Shown here piece by piece: positions 26,863-39,721 of a DNA stretch of 64,000 nt (the first letter of the stretch is position 1; every line of letters begins with the position of its first letter). Made by a program: the position numbers and the translations under genes. The stretch is from assembly GCF_004010195.1 (NCBI RefSeq), contig NC_057710.1:60048153-60112152 (forward strand), given 5' to 3'. This stretch comes from Chiloscyllium plagiosum. Lineage: Eukaryota. The notes beneath the pieces were generated by a model. It saw nothing but the letters and a program-made list of their open reading frames with translations. It did not search any database and was not told the origin of the DNA.

Positions 26863-27410
26863 AACTCTCACAGCACTCAAAACCCCCCCACCCCAGACAC
26901 ACAAACCCACATGCATATATAAGTTTGTGGGGTGAATTTATATTTGCACAGTTACATTGTACTTTGCTCAAAAACTGCATGAATCCATGTAAGACTCTGT
27001 TAATTCACTTCTTAGATTAAAATCAGTCTAAACATTATGGCACAGACAACAACACACAGGGGGCTAACACCTTCAACATATTATCTGGGCTGGATTGTTA
27101 AAGTTAACCTGAGAATGCAACTTTTAAAGAAAGTTGCGATTTACATGTGAAAGAAGTGAAACTAACATGGTCATTCTAACAGATGAGAGACTTAACAAAC
27201 AATCAAGGTATTTTTCAATGTATAATTTCAGTTACATCACACTGTAAACTTTTGCTATAAATTCTGTCTTACAAATGTGTACTCCACAACCACCTGATTA
27301 ATAAGCAGCATTCCGAAGGCTAGTACTTCCAATTAAACCTGTTGGACTATATCCTGATTTTTAACTCTGTACACCCCGGTCCAACACCGGCATCTCCAAA
27401 TCACGACTCT
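26368..27410 (+). mobile_element. Penelope-like element 3' end (GIY-YIG C-terminus, CA/CT microsatellite, 3' UTR)
   Basis: PVGEHFSGPGH...LRVTILQG...RKVAEQRLIAKFHT...GINRD. Microsatellite-rich 26585-26880 and a degenerate hammerhead at ~27291-27325. Confidence 0.85.
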
Positions 27411-27649
27411 CATTCTTCAAAACTGCAGTGAGTAGAGTCCTAATCAGTTTAGCCTTTGCTCATAAGAGAATCCCTCCTTTTATGGATCATCCTAGTGAAC
27501 CTTCTCTGAACTGCTTCCAAAAAAACATCTTTCCTTAAATGCGGGGGACCAAAACTACTGACCATATTCCAGATGTGGTTTCACCAGCACCTTCTACAGT
27601 TGCAGTGAGACTTCCCTATTTTTATATCTCAACCTCCTTGAAATAACTT

Positions 27650-28710
27650 GGAGGGCTTTGAAGAGGTAACACAAGACTGATGATGTGCTGCATATGATCA
27701 TCCAAAAGGAATTTAATACAATGCTGCTCAACAGACTTGACCAAAGTTACATGCACAGACTTGAAAGGACAGGAGCTTTGTTGAAGGTACAATTTGCTGA
27801 CTTAAACGAAACAGTAATGTTAAAACAGCCGTTAAGAACTGTAGGAAAGTTTGAAGTGGAGTTTCCTGGAAGTCAATAGGGGGATCCTTGTTTTTCCTGT
27901 CATGACCACGAATGACCAAGTCCTTAGTACACAGGGAACAGTTGGTAAGTTTGCAAATAATACCAAATGTGGAAGCATTATAAACTGTGAGGAGGTCAAT
28001 GTAGAACTTCAAAAGGATATTAACAAATTGATGGAGTGGGTGAATAGAGGGTAGATGAATTTCAATGTGAAGAAGTGAGTTGTAGATGGAGCAGATAGAT
28101 TTGGGCATACGTGTGTATGAGTCATTAAAAATAAGAGGAGAGGTGCAGGGAGCAGTTAATAAAGCGTGATAAATAAGGCATGGAATACAAGAGCAAGGAG
28201 ATTATTTCTGAACTTGTAAAAGATTAATTAAACCTTTTAGGCTATGAAGGCATTGGAGAGTGTAGAAGACATGAAAAAGAATGGCTCCAGAACTAAAACA
28301 CTTCAGTTATCAGGGTAGATTGGAGAAGGTGGGAATGTTTTCCTTTGAGCAAAGAAGGCTGAGAAGAGATTTGATGGTTTTAAACTCATGAGGGATATGA
28401 ACAGAGTTGACAGGGGGAAAATGTTCCCACGCAAAGGATTCAAAACTAGGATCACAGATTTCAAATAATTTGCACAAAAAGTGAATGCAATGTCAGAAAA
28501 AGCTTGTTTAATATCTAGAGTACATTGCCTGAAAATGTGGTGGAGGCAGGTTTAATTTAAGCATTCAAGAGGCCATGAGTTAACATTTGAATTGAAACAA
28601 TATGCAAGGTTATGGGGAAATGCAAGAACATGGCCCAAAGTCTACATCTTTTGGAGAGCTGGTACCGATGTGATGGACTAAATAGCCTCTTTCTGCATCA
28701 CAATTCTATA
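27650..28710 (+). mobile_element. Highly degraded CR1
   Basis: GKFANNTK...LQKDINKLMEW and RRLRRDL motifs. Confidence 0.65.
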
Positions 28711-28983
28711 ATTTTGTGAACTTTTGATTTGGCGCCTTTTCAAGGTTTCCAAAAGGCATTTGACGAGTTACATCCTCAAAAGAACTAAGTTTGTCAAATA
28801 CATTTTCACTCTAACAAGACAAGTTGATTCTATCTGATTGCATTCAGATGTTTTTTGTTAAGTGTTTTATTATCTTCCCAATAATAGCATCTAGCATTTC
28901 ACTCGTGCAGATTGTAAGCAAACTTCCCTTTCTCTTTTCTGAAATGTATTCAGAAGTGAACATTTATTGCCCATCCCTAATTA

Positions 28984-29202
28984 GGAGAAAGTGAGGTCTG
29001 CAGATGCTGGAGATCAAAGTTGAAACTTTATTGCTGGAACAGGTCAGGCAGCATCCAGGGAACAGGAGATTCGACATTTCGGGCACAGGCCCTTCTTCAG
29101 GAATCAGGTTCCTGAAGAAGGGCCTGTGCCCGAAACGTCGAATCTCCTGTTCCCTGGATGCTGCCTGACCTGCTGTGCTGTTCCAGCAATAAAGTTTCAA
29201 CC
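28984..29202. mobile_element. Fold-back Penelope-derived short element with hammerhead cores on both strands
   Basis: CTGAAGA...GAAACGTC at 29112-29139 and its inverse at ~29065-29105. 14-bp TSD CCCATCCCTAATTA (28970-28983 / 29203-29216). Confidence 0.85.
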
Positions 29203-29659
29203 CCCATCCCTAATTACTCTGTTGAAAGTGGCGATGAGCTGTGACCTTGAACTATTACAGTCCTTGATTTACACACTGTGCCACAGTGTACCAGAATTCC
29301 GACTCAGTGGCAATGAAAGATATAGTTTCAAGTCAGGATGGTGAGTGACTTGGAGGGGAGGTCATGTGCTTTACATCTGCTACCCTCGTCTTTCAAAGTG
29401 GTAGAGGTCACAGACTGGAAGGTGCTCTCAAAGGAGCATTACTGAGTTACTGTAGTACATCGTATAGATGCTAACACTGTTGCAATTATCCATGAGTGAT
29501 GAAGGGACTGAAACAAAAAGAAATTTCTGTTGAAGCTCCGGTCTGGCAGCATTTGTGCAAGGAAAGAGATAACACTGAATCTGGCGCCTCTTGATCAGAA
29601 CTAACAGCAGCTCCAGACAAAATGTCGGAGGGAGAAGAGAGGGGAGAGAGAGAGAGCCA

Positions 29660-31295
29660 ACCTCTTCCACCTAGTTAAGCTCATCCTAACAGTGAACAAC
29701 AATTTTGTTCAGTCTTCTCCATTTCTTCTGCTCAGAGGAATCCAAAGGGGCCGGAGTTATGCTTATTTCTTTGTGGGGTACATGAAACATTTCTTCTTCC
29801 AATCTTACTCCAGCCCGTCACCAAAACTTCCTCCAGTACATCAATGACACACTTAGTATTACTTCCTTCTCTCGTTCCACATTGAAAAAAATGTAACAAT
29901 TTCACTTCCAATTTCCACGCTGCCCTTACCTTCACCTGGTCCATCTCAGACACCTCCCTTCCTTTTTCAACATCTGCTTCGATTTCTGGGGAAAGGGTGG
30001 TAGCCGATATCCACTGTAAACCCACCAACTCCCACAGTTATGTTGATTTGACAATTCATACCCTATTTTTTGTTCTAACTTCACCCCATTCTCCTAGTTT
30101 CTTTCTCACCGTTGCATCTGTTCTGATGATGCTGTCTTCCACAGGAATCCTCAGAAAGAGCTACCTTTCTCCTCAACCGAGCATTCCCTGCTGCTGTGAT
30201 CAACAAGGCCCTTAACCTTGTCCGGCCCACCTCCTGCACTTCTGCCCTCACACCTTTTCCTCTTTCCCATAATAACGATAGGGTCCCCTGATCCTCACTC
30301 ACCATCCCACCAGCTGCTGCATCCAAAGTATTAAAAGTCATCATTTTCATCATTTCACAACCAGATTCTCATACCCGTCGCCTCCCTTGTTAGCATTCCA
30401 CAGGGATTGCTGCCTCTGGGACACCCTCATCCACTCCTCTTCCATTTCTAACATTTACCCACACCCGCATGGCACCTGCCCTAGCAATCACAGATGTGGT
30501 AACTCCTGTCGGTCTACATCCTCCTTTCTCAACTTCCATGGCCCCTGAAAAGAGCTTTCAGATGTAGCAGTGATTTATCTGCACTTCATTCACTCTAGTC
30601 GACAATATTTGCTGATCAGTGTGGTTTCATCTCCACTGGGAAGAGAACACACAGACTGGGTGACACTTTTGAAGAACACTTGCATTCTGAGCCAGAGCTT
30701 CCAGTTGCCTGCTACTTCAACACAACACTATTCCCACTCCAGCGTTTCTGTTTTGGGCCTGCTGCAATGTTCCAGCAAGCCTCAGCGCAAGCTCAAACAA
30801 ACAGAATCTCAATTTCCACTTGGGGACCCAGCAGACTTCAGGACTCACTAACTTTAGAGACTCATTACATCCTTCCATGCTTTTTATCCAGTCCTGTTGT
30901 GACATGGGTTGCTTTTACAACAGCCAAAACATTTTGACCTACTCTCAGGCCAATTATAGCATTACATGGTTTGCTTTCAGCATAGACCCTTAATCTCTGG
31001 TACTCTCAGCTCACATTCCAGTTAGTCAGCTTCTCTTCTGTCCTGGCCTGCCATCCATAATTACTTTGTTTAGCAACCCCTTTCTCAACTCTCTCTGGGT
31101 TCCATGACCACCAACCTGCTCACCTTCCCCACCCATTCAACCTTGTCTTCAGCATAAAGACCAGTTTTTCCCAGCTGCCATCAATTTTGATCAAGAGTCA
31201 CTGAATTCAAAACATGAATTCTGCTTTCGTCCCGGATGCTTCCAGACCTGCTCAGTTTTGTGAGCATTTTTGGTTTTGGTTTCAAATATCCAGCA
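29660..31295 (+). mobile_element. Degraded Penelope-like element (RT + GIY-YIG)
   Basis: FLQYIND (YIDD), DIHCKPTNSHSYVD and LPVACYFN motifs, ending in the PLE terminal repeat. An inverted terminal piece lies at ~29505-29650. Confidence 0.75.
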
Positions 31296-32342
31296 CATGT
31301 ATTTGGAAAGGCAAGGACTGATTCGGGATAGTCAACATGGCTTTGTGCGTGGGAAATCATGTCTCACAAACTTGATTGAGTTTTTTGAAGAAGTAACAAA
31401 GAAGATTGATGAGGGCAGAGCAGTAGATGCGATCTATATGGACTTCAGTAAGGCGTTCGACAAGGTACCCCATAGGAGACTGATTAGCAAGGTTAGATCT
31501 CATGGAATACAGGGAGAAAGTGAGGTCTGTAGATGCTGGAGATCAGAGCTGAAAATGTGTTGCTGGAACAGCGCAGCAGGTCANNNNNNNNNNNNNNNNN
31601 NNNNNNNNNNNNNNNNNNNNNNNNNNNNNNNNNNNNNNNNNNNNNNNNNNNNNNNNNNNNNNNNNNNNNNNNNNNNNNNNNNNNNNNNNNNNNNNNNNNN
31701 NNNNNNNNNNNNNNNNNNNNNNNNNNNNNNNNNNNNNNNNNNNNNNNNNNNNNNNNNNNNNNNNNNNNNNNNNNNNNNNNNNNNNNNNNNNNNNNNNNNN
31801 NNNNNNNNNNNNNNNNNNNNNNNNNNNNNNNNNNNNNNNNNNNNNNNNNNNNNNNNNNNNNNNNNNNNNNNNNNNNNNNNNNNNNNNNNNNNNNNNNNNN
31901 NNNNNNNNNNNNNNNNNNNNNNNNNNNNNNNNNNNNNNNNNNNNNNNNNNNNNNNNNNNNNNNNNNNNNNNNNNNNNNNNNNNNNNNNNNNNNNNNNNNN
32001 NNNNNNNNNNNNNNNNNNNNNNNNNNNNNNNNNNNNNNNNNNNNNNNNNNNNNNNNNNNNNNNNNNNNNNNNNNNNNNNNNNNNNNNNNNNNNNNNNNNN
32101 NNNNNNNNNNNNNNNNNNNNNNNNNNNNNNNNNNNNNNNNNNNNNNNNNNNNNNNNNNNNNNNNNNNNNNNNNNNNNNNNNNNNNNNNNNNNNNNNNNGG
32201 GTATATGAATAGGAAGGGTTTGGAGGGATATGGGCCAGGAGCTGGCAGGTTGGACTAGATTGGGTTGGGATATCTGGTCGGCATGGATGGGTTGGACCGA
32301 AGGGTCTGTTTCCATGCAGTACATCTCTATGACTCTATGATG
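31296..32342 (+). mobile_element. Young CR1 spanning the assembly gap 31584-32198, with a nested PLE-derived arm at ~31513-31583
   Basis: IRDSQHGFVRGKSCLTNLIEFF...YMDFSKAFDKVPH before the gap and a CR1 3' tail after it. Confidence 0.85.
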
Positions 32343-33595
32343 ACATGCAGTTCTTGGTTTTATTTTGTTGAAAGGAGTGAATATTGAAAGTTATGTTAAA
32401 TGTATCATTCAAGTGGTGTGCCCAAGATGGTGTCAAGCTTGTGTCATTGGAACGGCATTCATCCAGAGGATTCCCATCTTATGACATGTAGACGATACAC
32501 TAATTGGGCAGACTGGAGAAGAATACTGCAGATTTGCGAGCTTTTCTCCTTTTTTTCCTACTTTTGTAGCCACAGTATTCATGTGGATCATCCAATTTAG
32601 TCACTGGTCAATGGCAACCACCAGATGTTGATAGATGGGATTCAGCGATAATGATTCCATTGAATGTCAAGAGGCAATGGTTAGATTTCTGCCTTGAGAT
32701 ATATGGTGCAAATGGATATCTTCTGTTTAAGTACCTGAGGAGTGGTGGATTGCATGCAATCACCAACAGAACTGTGAACATTCCCACTTCTGACTACATG
32801 GTGGATGGAAGCAGTTGAAGATGGGTGGGCACAGGACATTACACTGAGGAACTTCGATGATTTATTCTTCCCAATTCCCTTTGACTGCAGCTGCTGGGGC
32901 TCCTTATAAAGTCACCATAGTTCTAGGGGACCACAGGGCTGCTCTCCAATTAGAGAGAGATGACTGGTGATGGTTTAACCTCGGGGGTCACCACACCTCA
33001 GGCAAGGGAAGAGGTTGAGGGCATGGGATCTTCATGGTAACCTCAGCAACATGGTCTCATACATTTAACAATTTCAACCATTGTATCACACTGGTCAATG
33101 TGTTGCACTCCCTTCTAGGGCTGATATATTCTACCAGAGGGATCAGAATTTCAGATGGGATCTAAACAGAGTTCTGCACAGCAGTTAACAAACTTCCAGT
33201 TTTTTGGATTCCAGCCATGAAATAAAGGCCATCAGCCCTTTTAATTATTTCTATCCATTAATACTTTTTGTAATTTCTGTAATTAAACCTCTATCTCTCT
33301 GCCAATGAATAGCAGGTTCTCAAGCTAATGATCTGAAACATTAATTCTGTTTCTCTTTGCACAGATACTGCCAGACTTGAAGTATTTCAATCAATTTCTT
33401 TCTTTTTATTCAAGTTTAAGCATAGGCAGCATTTTGCTGAGAGAAACAGCAGCCCTGGTGATAACTGAACGAAACAACGAAATACATTTTCTTTTAAAAA
33501 TGGCAAATTTTAAACAAAGCCATCAGCTTCTGGTCATTTCAAATACACATTTAAAAATTCAAGAAACATCAATTTATAACTTTATAAAAACTTAC

Positions 33596-33682
33596 CTCAT
33601 AAATATTTGGGTGCCACATTTTTGTCAGAAATCTGAAGGTAGGTGGAGAATATGGATAATCTATTGGGAATTTCAGATGAGC
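33596..33682 (-). CDS. UBE2R2: UBE2R2 (ubiquitin-conjugating enzyme E2 R2) internal coding exon, probably exon 2
   Basis: 87 nt, phase 0/0. Translates to AHLKFPIDYPYSPPTFRFLTKMWHPNIYE, including the UBC HPN motif. Flanked by a polypyrimidine tract plus AG (33683-33684) and GTAAG (33595-33591). AHxKF...PPTF fits UBE2R2 better than CDC34. Confidence 0.95.
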
Positions 33683-34049
33683 CTAAGAAAAAATAAAAGA
33701 CAAGGTCAAAATATACTCCTTTTAAACTAGCTAGAGTACATTAACTCAGCAGAGAACCAAGGTTTGAGATAAAATTAAATCACAACTTGATAGACATAAG
33801 CAATATATTCAAAATAAAGAAAATTATGTCACTGAAGAGTGACAAATCTCCAAGTATCAGATAGTTTCCATTTAAAGGAAGGAGGTGAGAAAACTGCCAA
33901 TGGTCTAACAATACTCCTCTGAAGCTCTCTTAAATCAGGAACCATTTCTTTTGATGTTACTTGGCCTTTTAAGGTAGATGAGATGGGGTAAACAGAGAAT
34001 TAGAGCTCCGGAGGGAGTGCATCATAAATTGACCAGATTAATACCTGAG

Positions 34050-34750
34050 CTTGGAAGAGGGAGTCGAAGGGTGGGTCAGTAAATTTGCAGATGATACGAA
34101 GTTTGGTGGAGTTGTGGATAGTGAGGAGAGCTGTTGTCGGCTGCAAAAGGACTTAGATATGATGCAGAGCTGGGCTGAGGAGTGGCAGATGGAGTTCAAC
34201 CCTGTCAAGTGTGAGGTTGTCCATTTTGGAAGGACAAATAAGAATGCGGAATACAGGGTTAACGGTAGGGTTCTTAGTAAGGTGGGGGAGCAGAGGGATC
34301 TTGAGGTCTATGTTCATAGGTCTTTGAAAGTTGCCACTCAGGTGGATAGAGCATGTAAGAAGGTTCCTAAAAGGAAGAAAGATCCCAGGAGGAGGCATGG
34401 GCGGCCGTGGCTGACGAGGGAAGTTAAGAAACATATAAAGTTAAAAGAGAAAAGGGAGAACATAGCAAAGATAATTAGGAAAACTGAGGACTGGGAAGCT
34501 TTTAAAGAGCAACAGAGGATTACTAAGAAGGAAATACGCAGAGGAAAAATGAGATATGAAGGTTAACTGGCCAATAATGAGTGGTGGGGGCATGGAATGC
34601 GCTGCCTGTGGTAGTGGTAGAGTCAGAATCTTTGGTGAGCTTTAAGGGGCAATTGGATAGGTACATGGATGGGTGCTTAAGCTAGGACAAATGTTCGGCA
34701 CAACATCGTGGGCCGAAGGGCCTGTTCTGTGCTGTATTGCTCTATGTTCT
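34050..34750 (+). mobile_element. CR1 fragment with internal rearrangement
   Basis: SKFADDTK...WAEEWQMEFN, followed by an out-of-order linker segment (PWLTREVK), then a CR1 3' end. Confidence 0.8.
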
Positions 34751-37700
34751 TAGCTCCAAACATTAAATTACAAGGAGATATTGCACAAAATGATTTGCAT
34801 TCTCAGGCACTTGGTAATAAAGGAGTGATTTGATTAAAATTTTCAAGATATCGGGGAGAAACATAGTAGGTAAACAGAAATATTCCCATACGTTCCTTAC
34901 TTAAAAGGTAGGTACTTGATCTTGGGAGCCCAGTTTTATTAGTGGTTTAGTTTGCAAACAGGTCAAAATGGTCAGGAAAATTGGAAACGGTTATAAAATA
35001 ACAAATTGTGTGTGTACGGTAAGACGAAGCTATTGGTAATTGCGCTGATATTTAATTACATTTGAACTGAAACAGTATTCTATCCATTTATCTTTTAAAT
35101 TATTTGATAGTTATAGGGGATGACATGTAATCTCAGCCAATTGGTCCTTCTTTTGATTTCACTGACCAGATGACATATCTGGTCTCTTGGACTTCGAATA
35201 GATAGAAGCAGCATTTCAAATCAGTGTAGATACATATTACTAATTGATGAGTTTACAAAATTGCCTACATTTTATCATTGCAGCTTCTAGCAAGGTTTCC
35301 AAACAGTGAAAACCATTACTGGGTTTGCAGTTCAAATATTTCAGGGGCCCCAAGATTGAGGACAGCGTTGGTAATGGTCAAGTGGAAACTCTGGTCAGGA
35401 TGCAAATTACTTCCCCTGAACAGTTTAAACACAGGACTGATAGTCAGTACTCTAAATTGGCCAATCAGCTCAACATTATGATTAGCTAAATGGGGAAGTC
35501 ATGCTTGGAATGAAGCAACTATTAACACATTGTTGGAGGTATTCTGAATATCTACAGTGATGAATAGCAGGTTATGGGATCAGCACCAAAATGTAATTAC
35601 ACACACAGTCGCGATTCTCAGCACTGAGACCTCACAGTCTTCAAAACACATTGAGAAAGTGTGAAGAGAAACTAGATGAAGATTGTTGGAGTTTGTGATT
35701 TTTTTTTGCCAAAAAGCGTGATTAAGGCAGTGAACATTTGATTTTTGTTCAAAGGCAAAATGTCATATTTGAAGTTGTGAGAAAGTATCCAGGATTAGCA
35801 ATTAGAAGTTGAGCTTTGCTAACTTATTTGAGTACCATTAATTCTGAACTCAAGGATATTCACATACAGCAATTCCAGCATGGAGTCAAACCTGAGAACT
35901 TACAGGTCTGCGAGACATTTTACATAAGCCTACAGAAGGGCATAAAAGATACCTTACTAAATGGTCAAGCATTTTAAACAGCATCTTAAGTGAGCAAAGA
36001 AAAGTAAAGAAGTGAAGAGGAAATGCTAAAGCTTAAAACCAACAACACACTCGATAATGATGGGCCAATTAAAATCAATGATGCTCAAAAGGCCAGAATT
36101 AGGATAGCACAGATGTCCAGAGGCTTATGCAACTGGATTAAATTACAGAACTTTGGAAGGGTGAGATCATAGAGGAACTTAAAACAAGACAAAAAATTTA
36201 AAGTCAAAACATTGTTTATTTAGGAGCAAATGTAGGTCGCAGAGCACAGTTGAATAGGTCATGGGTAGGTTAGTATATGGATGATTCTGGATTAGTGGTG
36301 CTGGAAGAGCACAGCAGTTCAGGCAGCATCCAAGGAGCAGTAAAATCGACATTTTGGGCAAAAGCCCTTCATCAGGAATAAAGCTGACCCTAAGTTGAAA
36401 AGGGCAGAATCAGGTGGTGTTATGGAAATGGAAGTAGGTGGTTGCCATAATTGTCAAAAATACATTCCAAAATCAAAAAAGATACAGAGTGCGACTAGTC
36501 TGGTTCAGCATCAGACAGTTGTCAAAAATATGGAATCTGTGGTTGGAGAAAACAGTTTGCAATGTGAATCAATGACCGTGGATTTTCTGGATACAATTGA
36601 TTGGACAGATAAAATCAGGTGAGTACAAATCATCCACTTAAGAGTTCCCTTTCTCAAAAGTTTACAATTCTGACTAGATTCGATAAACTTGTAGAAAGAA
36701 GTTTTGAATAAAGATATTGCATCAAATCAGTTCTTAAACTTCCATGGTCATTAAAGGATAAATTACAGTTGGCAAAAATCTTCTACAATTACCGTGCCTT
36801 CACAAGTTTATTTACAACACAAGGCGCTCTTACAGTACAGGTCTGTTGCAGAGAAAGACTTAAGTGGTTCTACAGCACTGGAAAATACTTCTACGCTGAT
36901 AGATTAGTTTCAGCAAGTGCCACTGCCTGACAGAGATAGCTTGTTCTAATCACACTTTTCCAGTGCAGCTGAGAGAAATGTCAGCTGACCTATTCTAAAT
37001 GGGCACACTAACAAATTGGCCTTTTCACAGCTTCAACTCAGTCTGTCACAAGAGTACTCAAAATGTGCAATTGAATTATGTCCTTGCGTACTTTACTGAC
37101 TTTATATTGCAAGTATTTATAACTACATTCTATTAGTTTTATCCTCAAATGTCTCCCCTGTCTAGAGTGATGACTCATACTCAGGTATGTTTCCTTAAGT
37201 GCTCGTGTTGCTCTTGTATGTCAGCCACCAGCCAAATACTTCCATGGATGAATGTGGGTCCAACAATACTCAAGCAGCTCAAAAAGCATCCAAGACAAAA
37301 GGAGCCCAATCAACTAGTGTGCCATCCACTGTCTCTCAGTTGCTGAAGAATGCTCCACATCGAAGATAAACTGCAGCAACTTCCCACAGGTACACTCTAC
37401 TGTAACTTTCACACTGGCTACCTCTTAGCATCTTGTAGAACAGCAGAATCATAGCAACGTGACCTGTAAAGTTCCATTCCAAATCTATCATTACCTGAAC
37501 TTGGAACAATACTGCCATTCACCTACTGTTACTGAGAACTCCCTCCCTGACAGTGCCACGTGTGTTTTGAGGTAGCGTCTTACCAAAAAGCTCTCGAAGA
37601 CAACTGGGGACAAGCAATAAATACTGGTGTTGCTTATTCACATCCACAATAGAACAAAAACATGCTCCTTGTAAAGATATCAATAACCAAAGTAATATTT

Positions 37701-37960
37701 GATCACAGCAGCTATCATGACTGCCGGGAGCAGGGGGTGGAAATTCAGTCAGCTCCCATCACATATATGAGGATTACTTGGTTCATTTTCAACATCTGGG
37801 CCATGCTAGTAAGGCTTCATTTACTACCATCTGAGCTGTGATGTTGGGACTTAGTGTCGAAATTGCAACTGCTTTGAACAAACTCAACGGTTTCATGAGC
37901 CATTCCAGAAGGCATCAAGGGTGCATATAATGTTACACAGTCGGCCACATCACATGAAAG

Positions 37961-38542
37961 TATAATATTAAAGAGTTAATTTGCTCTGCCGACTGCAGGA
38001 AATTGGCTGTCCTGAGGCTAGGGTAGGAAGCCTCTGTTCTACAGGTAGAATGCAAGTGAACTTACATTCCCATCCTTTGCCATTCAGATCCATTTACATG
38101 GCCATCTCCTATTATTCAGAGATAATATATAACTGCATCAACATCCTATTCAAAATCAATAAGAACAGTACAGTTGGAATTTTGACTAGTTCCTGTAGTT
38201 AAAAAATGATTTGCAACAGATTTGACCATTGAGGAATGATTTACATTATATTGTTTCTGGAGATGATTAGGTCACTGCATTGTCTTGAGTGGCATGTGAC
38301 TGTGAAGGAGTGACTGGGGGTTGTCGTGTGAGCATTACTGACTGTGATGTAAAAATTGAGAGTAAAGGAAGAACTGTTTCCTTTGTTCAGAGAAACCCCT
38401 CAACGCGCTTCTCAAGCATGGCGAAGAATGTTAAGAGTTTCTCCACAACTTGTACTTGCTTAATAAAATTTTGGTTGTTCATAGAAGTCAGCATCTGCAG
38501 TTGAATCAAGTGTGTAACGTTCTCAAGAAAAAGAACCTAACA
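37961..38542 (+). mobile_element. Solo LTR, family A
   Basis: 4-bp TSD AAAG, T(A)TAATA...TAACA ends and AATAAA at ~38462. Colinear with 48945-49523. Confidence 0.8.
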
Positions 38543-39721
38543 AAAGTGGCAGACCCAAATTTGCTGAGTCTGGCAGATTTTACAATCATTTTCTGCTGGA
38601 CAATAGCTCACAGATTACCATAAATATTAAAATCAATATGACAGCAAGGTTAAAGTGGGTTTTAAAAAAAACACTGTCCTACCAAGAGCTCAGTAAACAG
38701 CGATGTAGAAAAATTCTTCACTAATTTCCTTACCTTAAAAAATAAAAAATATGACTATCGTCCAAAGATCATTATGCAAGTTAGGTGAATTGGCCATGGT
38801 AAAATTGCCCCATATTGCCCAGGGATGCGCAGGCTAGGTAGCTTAGTTATGAGCTACAGAGTACAGATCAGATTTCTAATCATTTTGGTCCTTTTGACTC
38901 AGTCACATCATGCAGTGCACTCTCAAAAGGGAATAATGATCTTCATTGTAATTTCTACATTCTGAATATTGTGGGATATCACACAATATACCTGAGAAAG
39001 CAATTTAAGAAATCATTTGTTGAAGAAAACCTATTCAATTATGAAAAGATGGTTAGAAAGCAAACTTATAACTAAAGAATAACAAAGAGGGGATCAATTT
39101 TTTTGTTGGACATCACCAGTTCTCTGTCAAAGTGACATGAACATACCAATTATGCTCAAAAGATCCTGTTTATCCCATTTAGTGCTATCCAATTAAAACA
39201 ACTTTCCAATAAAACTTGTAAAATTTATCATTTCAACCACTTGGGGACTCACCACCTTTATTGCGAGCCATCTCTACTTGAGAGCAACTTTCACCAATCA
39301 AGGGCAGTGCTAAATATGACCTGACAACTAATTGATAGTACTGCCTAGCAACAGAAACTGCATTTTCATACAGCAAAGCAAGCTGTCAGGCTATTAAAAT
39401 CACAGCCAGCATCAAGACAAACTGCATAATGACAACCTTGGATCCTGGATAAATGCTGACGTGAACAGCTGGGTGAAGGTTTGTTGATGGACTTGAGGCA
39501 GATTGGTCATCAATTCACACGCAAGGCAACCATTAGTTCCTTTTTTTTCCCCCTGACCTTCATATGTACATATTAAAACAAAACTGAGTAACAGTCAGAC
39601 AAGCGAATTCTGATAACGAACATGAGAGCATTGCCAGCTAACATGATGCTGTCCACATGCACCTCCCCAATTGTGATTAGCAAACAAGAAGGGCAATCGT
39701 GATAGATAATCAATTTTCTAA

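Noticed and set aside
31270..32324. Long ORFs of 241-312 aa
   Set aside because: They run through the N gap 31584-32198; the real parts are CR1 and PLE sequence.
33090..33300. DeuSINE/SacSINE1-like remnants (also ~250-520)
   Set aside because: Similarity to the Deu domain is too weak to support without alignment.
21219..33682. CDC34 (UBE2R1) as gene identity
   Set aside because: AHxKF, PPTF and ENGDVC match UBE2R2 rather than CDC34 (ARLKF, PPAF, ETGDVC). Synteny was not checked.
33377..33730. 117-aa plus-strand ORF
   Set aside because: Antisense shadow of the UBE2R2 exon in AT-rich intron, with no recognisable protein.
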